From positions 192,001-256,000 of the IMG/VR virus record IMGVR_UViG_3300034161_000018: a DNA stretch of 64,000 nt; one strand, 5' to 3'. Below the pieces are notes generated by a model. It was not told where the DNA came from and ran no database searches. It saw only the letters and a list, made by a program, of their open reading frames with translations. A program made the position numbers and the translations under genes. This stretch comes from a virus (lineage: Duplodnaviria > Caudoviricetes). Positions 7,749 through 15,584 of the stretch are shown here, in pieces. The number at the start of each line of letters is the position of its first letter. The stretch's first letter is position 1.

Positions 7749-8148
7749 GGGAAGATGCTTTCCCGAAAGAGCACTAACGGGTGCTGTCCTTCATCCGTTA
7801 TTGCGCCTGCGCTTCGGTGCCGCTCGTTGTTCCTGAGAGTTGGTTCTAGTAGTCGCCATAGGTGATCCGATTAGCGCCCAGCGTGAAGTGGTGCTATAAA
7901 AGCTAAACAACTTCCTCCGCAACCAAAGCGTTACCTTTACCTCCCTGCGTTTCTTAATGTCCTAAGAAGCGTAGTAAAAAGGACGTGACTTTCGTTTGTG
8001 CGGTAAACCCACGGGAATAGGGCCGTGTGGTCGGCTGTTACATTTTTGAAATGATCGTGCGTGATTTGGTCGATTTGCCGGGCGTAAGCGGCTCATTGAA
8101 TTCGTTTCCCCAAGCCGCGTTCGGAATCCCCACCAGCGCGGCTTTTTT
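7749..8148 (+). ncRNA. Candidate ~400-nt structured ncRNA, family unknown
   Basis: Bounded by CTGTAAATA (7732-7740) and a terminator (8112-8148). Contains a C(UUCG)G hairpin (7809-7820), a 12-bp hairpin (7945-7974) whose loop can pair with 7981-7986, and a GUAA tetraloop hairpin near 8078-8093. Confidence 0.55.
8112..8148 (+). terminator. Intrinsic terminator
   Basis: Stem AAGCCGCG/CGCGGCTT followed by a T tract. Confidence 0.65.
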
Positions 8149-8175
8149 ATGTCTGAAAAATGGAGTGTCACTATT

Positions 8176-9117
8176 ATGGCCGGTTCTGAATCTGCTGCAA
8201 TTGAGCAACTCGACGAAAAAGAAATCTATCACAAGCAAGCGCGTGCAGGTAATCGCATCAAGCAAGTGATGGCAGCGCTGCATATGGAAATCAAAGGCTT
8301 GGATCAGCGGCGCACACAACTGGAACGCCAGTACGCGCAGCTTGAAGAAGCTTTGGAACTACAACAATTCTCGCCGCTGAATATCGGCAAGCGTGATTTG
8401 CCGGAACGCCCAAACAATCACCTCGGCCTGTGCAACGAAATTCCAATGCCCGGTGGCAGTGGTGACACGCCAATTGAATTCACTTTCAATGAAGCTGCGC
8501 GGGACGCATTCTTTGGCCCGCCGATGTTTGAAAGTGGCAAACACATTGACGACTGGCCTGCATCGACAATCGAAACTCCGGTCGAAGTAAAAGAACCTGA
8601 TTTCCTACCAGTGTTCCAGCTTGGCCCGCAAGACAAATTCTATCCACACACCATGCGCGGCGCAGATTGGAATGATGCACTGAATTTCGGTTGCAGCTTT
8701 CCGGAAGACACCGAAGGTTACTGGCGACACAATCCACAAAAGCCCGCTGCCGACGTTTACGAAAAACTTCCGTGGCCGGTTGCTCGCGACATTCCGGGTT
8801 ACAACCCGTTGGATTTCCACAAGCGTATGCGCGACGTTGAAAACCATTCAGCGACCGAGCGTAAAGTTTATCGCGGTATGACAATGCACCGCTGGCATGG
8901 TGGAACATTGGGCAATGCTGAATTCTGGCGTGGTTCATTCCGTTGGCCGGATTCGTATGGCAACTACATTTCCGAAGGCGTGCCACCGTCGCGACATTTC
9001 TTCCGTTTCATCATGACGGAACACGCGGAAATCTTCCCGAAACATCCAACGCTTTCCAATGAAGAATTCAACACCGTGTTCAATTGGTTGCCGAATATGA
9101 AACGAACGCCGGAATGA
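8176..9117 (+). CDS. Hypothetical protein: N-terminal coiled coil plus a C-terminal YRG...WP.....Y domain
   Basis: Track ORF 8149..9117. GGAG RBS at 8162 favours ATG 8176. Confidence 0.75.
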   Translation: MAGSESAAIEQLDEKEIYHKQARAGNRIKQVMAALHMEIKGLDQRRTQLERQYAQLEEALELQQFSPLNIGKRDLPERPNNHLGLCNEIPMPGGSGDTPIEFTFNEAARDAFFGPPMFESGKHIDDWPASTIETPVEVKEPDFLPVFQLGPQDKFYPHTMRGADWNDALNFGCSFPEDTEGYWRHNPQKPAADVYEKLPWPVARDIPGYNPLDFHKRMRDVENHSATERKVYRGMTMHRWHGGTLGNAEFWRGSFRWPDSYGNYISEGVPPSRHFFRFIMTEHAEIFPKHPTLSNEEFNTVFNWLPNMKRTPE

Positions 9118-9140
9118 TCCGGATTAAACTGTAAACTGAA

Positions 9141-9177
9141 ACCGTGCATTCCAACATTCCGGAGTGCGCGGTTTTTT
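9141..9177 (+). terminator. Intrinsic terminator
   Basis: 12-bp stem ACCGTGCATTCC/GGAGTGCGCGGT with G-U pairs, followed by a T tract. Confidence 0.65.
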
Positions 9178-9197
9178 CGTTTTTGGAGAATTTCATT

Positions 9198-9500
9198 ATG
9201 TGGGAACAAATGAGTGCGTCGCAGCAATTGCTCTACATTTGCAATGCTGCCGGAAACAAAAGCGACCGAATTGATATGGCAATGATTTGGCTGGTCGAAG
9301 AAAACATGCGCCAAGACGTGCGTGTGCGTTATACCGATTTGGTAAGCGCCGAAGCTTCGCTGGTCACGTATCGCGGTTTGTCTGACGAACAAATTCAATC
9401 GGTCGATACTTCGCAGCGCTACTATTTCAACATGCTGCACATGCCAGCCGAAGTTAAGGCCCGTTGTGCATGGCACGCGATTGAAAATGTTGATCCGTGA
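9198..9500 (+). CDS. Hypothetical protein
   Basis: GGAG RBS at 9185; in frame with track ORF 9144..9500. Confidence 0.65.
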   Translation: MWEQMSASQQLLYICNAAGNKSDRIDMAMIWLVEENMRQDVRVRYTDLVSAEASLVTYRGLSDEQIQSVDTSQRYYFNMLHMPAEVKARCAWHAIENVDP

Positions 9501-9681
9501 GTTTCACCGCCAGATAATCAACCTGTTGCAAGAAGGGCAAATCAGTCTGGCGGCAATCTACGCCCACGAAAACCAAACCATCGAACTCGACGTTGCGCTT
9601 CTGGAGAAATTCATTCCGGAACAAACGCTTTCTGAATTCAACGAACTTGTGAGTGAGCTAAATGGCGGGGCCACCCTTTAA
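9487..9681 (+). CDS. Hypothetical protein
   Basis: Short ORF overlapping both neighbours, consistent with an operon. Confidence 0.55.
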   Translation: MLIREFHRQIINLLQEGQISLAAIYAHENQTIELDVALLEKFIPEQTLSEFNELVSELNGGATL

Positions 9682-10453
9682 CGCAACAAAACATTTGCAG
9701 CGCCAAGGTGTTGATCCGAAAATCACATACGCCGCTGTGGTCGTAAACAACAAAGACAAATCGAAACGTGGCCGTGTGCAAGCGCGTGTCATTGGTTTCA
9801 TGGACGGCATCGAAGATCAATTTCTGCCGTGGGCGATTCCGTCGAATAACTTTGGCGCCAACAAAGCGGCTGGCGTTGATCGTTCCGGATGGTTTGACGT
9901 TCCGCCCGTTGGTTCCAAAATCGGTTTGCGTTTCCCACTCGGCGATCCGCACCGCCCGATTCAAGACAATTACCCGATTGACGATTTAGTCATGATGGAA
10001 GAAGCGAAAACGAATTATCCTGACCGGAAAGTTTTACGCTTCAACAACGGGTTCTTCATTATCGTTGACACCAAAACCAACGAATTGCTTTTCAACAATC
10101 CCGGCGATATGCACATTACGATTTTGGGCGACTGTTCCCAAACCGTGATCGGTGACAGCATGCAAATCGTTTCCGGTTCCAAAGGTGACATTCCGGCGTA
10201 TCTGCTAAACGCGCCGGACACCAAGGTAAACGAAATCGCTGCGAAGAAAGCGGGCAAAGTGAAATTCAAAGGACTCGGCAAAAGCGGTGGTGGCAACCTG
10301 CACCACGAAGTCACAGGGGATTACACTTTGAAAGTCGGCGGTAATCGCAAAGTTGTGATCGGCGGAAACGATGATGTTCAAGTCGGGCGTAACCGAACTG
10401 AAAAGATTGGTGCAACCCATTCGATCAAAGCTGCACGTTCGGAGACAAACTGA
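9662..10453 (+). CDS. Baseplate central spike (gpV/gp5/VgrG-like), no lysozyme domain
   Basis: OB-fold pattern D...RGRVQARV.G......LPWA...G..G.F.VP.VGS.I....GDP..P and C-terminal V.GN....V.GN beta-helix repeats. Confidence 0.82.
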   Translation: MAGPPFNATKHLQRQGVDPKITYAAVVVNNKDKSKRGRVQARVIGFMDGIEDQFLPWAIPSNNFGANKAAGVDRSGWFDVPPVGSKIGLRFPLGDPHRPIQDNYPIDDLVMMEEAKTNYPDRKVLRFNNGFFIIVDTKTNELLFNNPGDMHITILGDCSQTVIGDSMQIVSGSKGDIPAYLLNAPDTKVNEIAAKKAGKVKFKGLGKSGGGNLHHEVTGDYTLKVGGNRKVVIGGNDDVQVGRNRTEKIGATHSIKAARSETN

Positions 10454-10635
10454 TGGCCTCAATGCCGAATACTCGTTTGTTCCTTTCGGGCGAATTGCTG
10501 GTTGGTGTTAAGCAATCCGACCCGAATCAGATTCAACTTTTGAAACGCAATCGTCCGTCGATCCTGTACCGGAAAAACACGCAATTCGCGACCGGGCGTT
10601 ATCTCAGTGAAGAACCGTCCACGTACCTACGATAG
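10453..10635 (+). CDS. Small hypothetical protein
   Basis: Start overlaps the spike stop codon; followed by a terminator. Confidence 0.55.
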   Translation: MASMPNTRLFLSGELLVGVKQSDPNQIQLLKRNRPSILYRKNTQFATGRYLSEEPSTYLR

Positions 10636-10656
10636 CCCGGCAAACGCTGGGCTTTT
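10634..10656 (+). terminator. Intrinsic terminator
   Basis: Stem AGCCCGGC/GCTGGGCT followed by TTT. Confidence 0.55.
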
Positions 10657-10669
10657 CCGTTTGTGGCCT

Positions 10670-10676
10670 TAATTTA
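10670..10676 (+). promoter_or_regulatory. TAATTTA putative late promoter motif
   Basis: The same heptamer sits in short intergenic gaps at 6842, 24336, 30351 and 50701, with a variant at 39858. Confidence 0.55.
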
Positions 10677-10714
10677 CTTTTATACACCACTCATTCAACG
10701 TTGGGTATACGGAT

Positions 10715-11023
10715 ATGACAAGACTGTACGAACCAGTCGTCCTCGGAAAAGGAGTAACGATCAAATCGAAACCTTCTGATCCGATGCACGCGGTACGTGT
10801 GACGGATTTGAAGGAATATGCAAAAATGCAGAGAGTGGATTTCGTAAATGAAACCGCTATCTCTGTGCCAAGGTTGGCTGAAAATAATATCGTGCAAGTG
10901 TACGATTCCAATTCACAAGCGTTTACACCGGAACGGCTGGAGCAATTGACCGACACCATTGAAGTTGAATTCTTGGTTCCGGAAACTGGCTACATGCTAA
11001 TCTTTTCGGTAGGAGAACTTTAA
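10715..11023 (+). CDS. Hypothetical, probably structural, protein
   Basis: First ORF after TAATTTA; coupled to the fibre gene by TAATG. Confidence 0.65.
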   Translation: MTRLYEPVVLGKGVTIKSKPSDPMHAVRVTDLKEYAKMQRVDFVNETAISVPRLAENNIVQVYDSNSQAFTPERLEQLTDTIEVEFLVPETGYMLIFSVGEL

Positions 11024-11820
11024 TGGCGATTACGGTCGGCAGTCCTCTCAAAAAGGCGAGCGCATCTGTTGCGTACACTGTCGATGACCAAGAATTAAAA
11101 GGTGGTTTTCGTTGCGTTGCTTCCATTACGGAACGAAATGCAATTCCTATTGGTGGTCGTCGTCCCGGTATGATTGTTCGGGTTGTCGATGTTGATGCGG
11201 TTACAGACTGGACTTTGCCAATTAGCAGTTTGGCAAACAGCGCGTGGGTTGAACAACCGAAAGGTGGTGGCGGTGGCGGGGATGGTTACGTTCCTACTGC
11301 GGGCGGCGACATGACCGGCAAATTCAAACTCTCGAATACCGGCAGCATTGATTTCAACGGAAAGGCAAAACTCACTCTCAATTCCGAAAACGTGCTCTAC
11401 ACTTCGACCAGTCCGTCGAACGGTTTAGCGTTCAGTAACGGAACAGAAAACACAATCGAGTTCGACATTCAGACCGGCCAGATTACAGCGAAGACTGAAA
11501 TTGCGCTGTCGTCGGATAAACGATTGAAGAAGAAAGTCAAAACGATTGCCAACAGCTTGGATATTACCGAGCAACTGCGCGGTGTGTTCTTCACATGGAA
11601 GGCAACCGATGCAGATTCAATGGGCGTTATCGCGCAAGAATTGGAAAAGGTACTGCCGTTCCTCGTAACGAAAGGCAGTGACGGAAAGCTGGCCGTGTTG
11701 TACACCGCACTCGCCGGATTGTTTATTCAGAATATCAAAGAGTTGATTGAGCGCGACAAACTGAACGCTCAAACTATCGCTGAACTCCAAACTCAAATCA
11801 AAGAGTTGATGAATAAATGA
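11023..11820 (+). CDS. Short tail fibre/spike with a C-terminal intramolecular chaperone (peptidase S74-like) domain
   Basis: SSDKRLKK...L..L.GV.F.WK.....MGVIAQELEKVLP.LV motif followed by a coiled coil. Confidence 0.8.
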   Translation: MAITVGSPLKKASASVAYTVDDQELKGGFRCVASITERNAIPIGGRRPGMIVRVVDVDAVTDWTLPISSLANSAWVEQPKGGGGGGDGYVPTAGGDMTGKFKLSNTGSIDFNGKAKLTLNSENVLYTSTSPSNGLAFSNGTENTIEFDIQTGQITAKTEIALSSDKRLKKKVKTIANSLDITEQLRGVFFTWKATDADSMGVIAQELEKVLPFLVTKGSDGKLAVLYTALAGLFIQNIKELIERDKLNAQTIAELQTQIKELMNK

Positions 11821-12329
11821 ATGTCGTGTTTCTCGATATTGATGGCCCGATCCAAAATATGCGTTCCGCGTTTGCGGGTTTCGAGTATGATCCGGCCACC
11901 GTTGTAATCGTCAATGAATTTCTCCAGCACGAAAACGTCCGCGTTGTATTGGCTTCCACTGTTCGCATTCTTTGTAAGGATGCAGTCGGCGCCGAATCGC
12001 ATTTGCGTAAACGCTACGCCCTGCAAGGTTTCCAATTCCACGAACACTGGCGCACCGGAGAAAACTACGGTGGCGGTGAAGGCAATCGCGAACGTGAAAT
12101 CCGCGAATGGTTGGAATTGCATGAAAGCCCGGATGATGTTTATTTTTCCATTGACGACGACCCTGTAAATATCGAGAACGTGACACAATTCAAAGCCGAC
12201 TATAACGGCCTTCCTTATATTGAATTGCTGCGCATGCGTGGCGTTCATCATCCAAGTTCGGCGCACGCCGCTGTGACTTGGGCAGAATGGGAAGCGAAAA
12301 GAAATGTTCAGGATCGCAACCGAAGCTGA
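11817..12329 (+). CDS. HAD-superfamily phosphatase (Swiss-army-knife RNA-repair-like HAD type)
   Basis: Motifs VFLDIDGP, VVLASTVR, R..EI.EWL..H and IDDD. Confidence 0.75.
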   Translation: MNVVFLDIDGPIQNMRSAFAGFEYDPATVVIVNEFLQHENVRVVLASTVRILCKDAVGAESHLRKRYALQGFQFHEHWRTGENYGGGEGNREREIREWLELHESPDDVYFSIDDDPVNIENVTQFKADYNGLPYIELLRMRGVHHPSSAHAAVTWAEWEAKRNVQDRNRS

Positions 12330-12741
12330 CATGACCGCGCCATTTCGTTACGAACTCCCCACACCAAAGATTGTGGAAGTAGCGAAAGGCGCGGTTTCTG
12401 TGCTTTCAAACCTGACGAAAGCTCTCGAAGACGACGTTAAATGGTTTGGAAATTTACAACGCAATGAGCCAGCATTGAGTCACCGGTTTATTCTGTTGGT
12501 TCACGAAAGCGAAATGGACTCGGCAGAAATCAGTCTGGTCGATGCGCTCAAACCGCTTGTGTGGATTGCCAAAATCGAAACAGGCATTCCGTACACCGCT
12601 GATTATAGCCTATACATTTCCGACATTGCGGCGCTGGGTTTGAATCCCGATCTGGTGAGCGAGTCGGACTATATCAACTCCCAAGTCCGCTACGCAAAGA
12701 AAGTGGTTTACATAAGAGGGAATTTTCATGGCGCTGTATAA
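12304..12741 (+). CDS. Hypothetical protein (alternative start 12331)
   Basis: ORF track; abuts both neighbours. Confidence 0.65.
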   Translation: MFRIATEADMTAPFRYELPTPKIVEVAKGAVSVLSNLTKALEDDVKWFGNLQRNEPALSHRFILLVHESEMDSAEISLVDALKPLVWIAKIETGIPYTADYSLYISDIAALGLNPDLVSESDYINSQVRYAKKVVYIRGNFHGAV

Positions 12742-14029
12742 ATTCAAAGGGGATAAAATTTCCTTCGAGGACGCTAACCCGACGTATGCACTCGACCTTA
12801 TCGTCGGTGACGAATTCATTTTGAACAAACACGGCAAAGGTTATCAGGTGTTCTTCGCGGCAGACACTTCGATCCCATTTGTAATCACGCCGAAAGAAGC
12901 GCGCCTTCTGCTGAAAGAAAGTACGGAATCATTAAACATCGTACCGAATCCGGCAAACCCTCCGTATCTGGATTACTCGCCGAAGTTTGCGATTGTTCCA
13001 AAGTTTTATGAATACTACAACGACCTGCTGTTCAACGGCGGTTGCCCTGTAGTGAAGTTTGAGAAAACTCGCGACAACAGTATTCTCGGTTTGGCCGTGC
13101 TGGAATGGCACAAAGGCAAACCGGTTTACACAATGAAGATCAACGAAAAGTCGATGGCGGACATTAAACTGTTCACCAACACTGTCGTGCATGAAATGAT
13201 TCACCTTTTCCTTTACGCGAAAGGGATCAAGCTCAACGACAAGTCGATCATCTTCGATTCGCACGGGCCAAACTTCCTTGCGGAAATGGCGCGTATCAAC
13301 GGGCGCGGTTTCAATATCGACGTTGTTGCATCTGGTGAAGCGTACAGCCACGAAGCGAGCGAAACGCTTTTCGGTATTGTTGTCGAACCTGCAAACCGCT
13401 CGTTCGGCATTCAGTGTTATTTCGCCCGCACCAGCATGGCCGATCAATTCGATTCTTTCGTCGATGCCTATTCGCTGGCGCATCCGAATGATTCGGGAAC
13501 GGAAATCTATTTGCTGAAAGGCACTGACCTACGCATGGCTGCGTATACCGCGTGGCCTGCGTCCGGCAAGATTCCGCCGCGAAATCTTTCCAAATGGTTT
13601 GGCGTTCCGGACGGCGGCATGTTTAAAGGCATGCGTCTCAAAGAAACCAAAACCGTGGGCGGCGGCGTAAACATTCCAACATTCAAGGATGTTCCGGAAA
13701 CCTACGCGTTGGGCTTTGCGCGCTTCCAACAGGCAATGCGCAAATACGGGGCTTCTGATACATTCCTGCGTGCGAAGTGGAACGAGTTTCCATTGCGCAA
13801 CCTAAACAAAATCATGGAAGCGGATTTGAAATCGACGATTGGCCGCGTGGCCCGGAATTCGATTACGCTTCCCGACCTGACCAACAAGTTGCAAGACATT
13901 GTTGATGCTTACGCCGGGCGTGTGCCAGAAGATCAATACAAAAAGATCATGCTGAAAATGCTCGCCGACAATGATCCGAAAAACGTGATGGCCGATGAAT
14001 ACGTGACGTTGAAGTTGACACGACGATGA
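12728..14029 (+). CDS. SprT-like zinc metalloprotease
   Basis: YN..LF.G, HEMIH (HExxH) and downstream HG..F...M..IN form the SprT signature. Confidence 0.8.
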   Translation: MALYKFKGDKISFEDANPTYALDLIVGDEFILNKHGKGYQVFFAADTSIPFVITPKEARLLLKESTESLNIVPNPANPPYLDYSPKFAIVPKFYEYYNDLLFNGGCPVVKFEKTRDNSILGLAVLEWHKGKPVYTMKINEKSMADIKLFTNTVVHEMIHLFLYAKGIKLNDKSIIFDSHGPNFLAEMARINGRGFNIDVVASGEAYSHEASETLFGIVVEPANRSFGIQCYFARTSMADQFDSFVDAYSLAHPNDSGTEIYLLKGTDLRMAAYTAWPASGKIPPRNLSKWFGVPDGGMFKGMRLKETKTVGGGVNIPTFKDVPETYALGFARFQQAMRKYGASDTFLRAKWNEFPLRNLNKIMEADLKSTIGRVARNSITLPDLTNKLQDIVDAYAGRVPEDQYKKIMLKMLADNDPKNVMADEYVTLKLTRR

Positions 14030-14499
14030 ACAGACGCGAAATCACCGCCGCCTTGCTGACTGCCGCAACTTTCTATTGGGCAAAGAAAACGTATAGCGTA
14101 CACCCGGAATTCGGAATCGAGCGTTGGGGCAAACGTCGCCTAGACGCTGTGTGCATGAATTTTAAAAGCAACTTTGTCGGTCTGGAAATCAAATCCTGCC
14201 TTGCTGATTATCGCACCGACAAGAAATGGAGAAACTACCTCCCATACGTTAACCAGTTTTATTTCCTGTTCCCTCCTTCGGTAATCGAGAGTCGCTGTTT
14301 CAAAGAGATTCGCGCCGAACTGAAAGCCGAAGGTGCAGGGATTCTACAATTGTCCAATGGGAAAATCCGCTGCTTGCAAAAAGCAAAGTGGCGTGAAGTT
14401 CCGGCAGAGATTCAGCACAACATGCTGGTCAAAATGGCATGGCGTACCGGTGATTGTCGCCGCAATGTGAAAAGAACTAGAAGGGTCAATGTAAGATGA
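14026..14499 (+). CDS. MmcB-like PD-(D/E)xK nuclease-fold protein
   Basis: Pattern R.D......F...EIKS...DY..D.KW..Y......FYF. Confidence 0.68.
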   Translation: MNRREITAALLTAATFYWAKKTYSVHPEFGIERWGKRRLDAVCMNFKSNFVGLEIKSCLADYRTDKKWRNYLPYVNQFYFLFPPSVIESRCFKEIRAELKAEGAGILQLSNGKIRCLQKAKWREVPAEIQHNMLVKMAWRTGDCRRNVKRTRRVNVR

Positions 14500-15131
14500 A
14501 TCACGGCAAATTCATTGTGTTTTCCGGAATGGATGCGTGCGGCAAAACCACAAACCTAACCCACGTTGATATGCGCCTAAACAGTACCGGCATTGATTAC
14601 GCAATGACGCGTGAACCGGGCGGCACTCCTTTTGCGGAACGGATTCGTGAATTGATTCTGTCCGACGATTACGACGTGCCGCCGCTTTCCGAAGTGCTGA
14701 TGTTTTACACCGGTCGCGTTGACCACACCAAAAATTTGATCGTGCCGTATCTGGAACGTGGCTTCCACGTTTTGTCGGATCGCTATTACGATTCGAGTCT
14801 AGCGTATCAGTCAGTCGATTGCCCGGAAACGCACGCGCTGCATGAACTTTGCAAACCGCATTTGCGCGTTCCTGATTTGACTTTGTTGTTTGACGTTCCA
14901 GCCGAGATTGGTTTGGAGCGAATGAAGAAGTCTCGCGGTGCCGACAAAATGGACAAAATTGAAAAGCGCGGGATTGCGTATTTCACTCAAGTCCGAAATA
15001 ATTTCCTAAGTATGGCAAGCAACGACCCAAACACCATTATCATTGACGCAACCAAACCGCTGTCAGTGGTGATGGACGAAACGTGGAATCACGTCAAACA
15101 ATGTATTGGATACAAAACTGATGAAGATTAA
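14496..15131 (+). CDS. tmk: Thymidylate kinase
   Basis: P-loop GMDACGKTT, TREPGGT, LSDRY..SSLAYQ, PDLTLLFDVP. Confidence 0.92.
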   Translation: MNHGKFIVFSGMDACGKTTNLTHVDMRLNSTGIDYAMTREPGGTPFAERIRELILSDDYDVPPLSEVLMFYTGRVDHTKNLIVPYLERGFHVLSDRYYDSSLAYQSVDCPETHALHELCKPHLRVPDLTLLFDVPAEIGLERMKKSRGADKMDKIEKRGIAYFTQVRNNFLSMASNDPNTIIIDATKPLSVVMDETWNHVKQCIGYKTDED

Positions 15132-15573
15132 ACTGCGGCGCAGCACGGTATTCACTGCTTTGGCTTTCGAGTTGAAACAGTTTTTGCCAAAAGGTTTAGT
15201 CGAGCGTCTGGTCAAGGAACGTGGATTCTGGCGTGACCTGCCCAAGCGTTTGGCTGTGATCCCAATCATTCCGAAAGCGCGTTACATCGGAACGGAAAAA
15301 GGCAATAACGTTGATACCGCTGTGAAGTTTGCGGCAGACAACGGCCTTGAACTGTATTACGGTTATTTCATCACGTCGAGCGTGGAAAAAACTTCCATCG
15401 AGCCGCGTGCGTTCTGTGTGTTTGACGGAAAAGTTGTGGAGCCGGGCGCTGACGTTTCGTGGGCACACAATTGCTATTACATCGGAATCCCTGTTCCGTT
15501 CTCCGACATTGAAGCGCGCCGCTTTGAAACTCGGTTCGAGCGGATGGATTACGTTTTGAAAAACCTTTCGTAA
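15121..15573 (+). CDS. Hypothetical protein
   Basis: ATG 15121 overlaps the end of tmk. Confidence 0.65.
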   Translation: MKIKLRRSTVFTALAFELKQFLPKGLVERLVKERGFWRDLPKRLAVIPIIPKARYIGTEKGNNVDTAVKFAADNGLELYYGYFITSSVEKTSIEPRAFCVFDGKVVEPGADVSWAHNCYYIGIPVPFSDIEARRFETRFERMDYVLKNLS

Positions 15574-15584
15574 CAGGACAGACC

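Noticed and set aside
7998-8095. Resemblance to RNase P RNA (GTGCGGTAAACCCAC, GAAATGATCG, CGGCTCA)
   Set aside because: The universal GAGGAAAGUCC P4 strand and the ACAGAA element are missing; only scattered short matches.
8119-8135. GTTCGGAATCCCCACCA looks like a tRNA/tmRNA T-loop plus CCA end
   Set aside because: No 5-bp T stem and no matching acceptor strand; the sequence forms the loop and arm of the terminator. Not called as tRNA or tmRNA.
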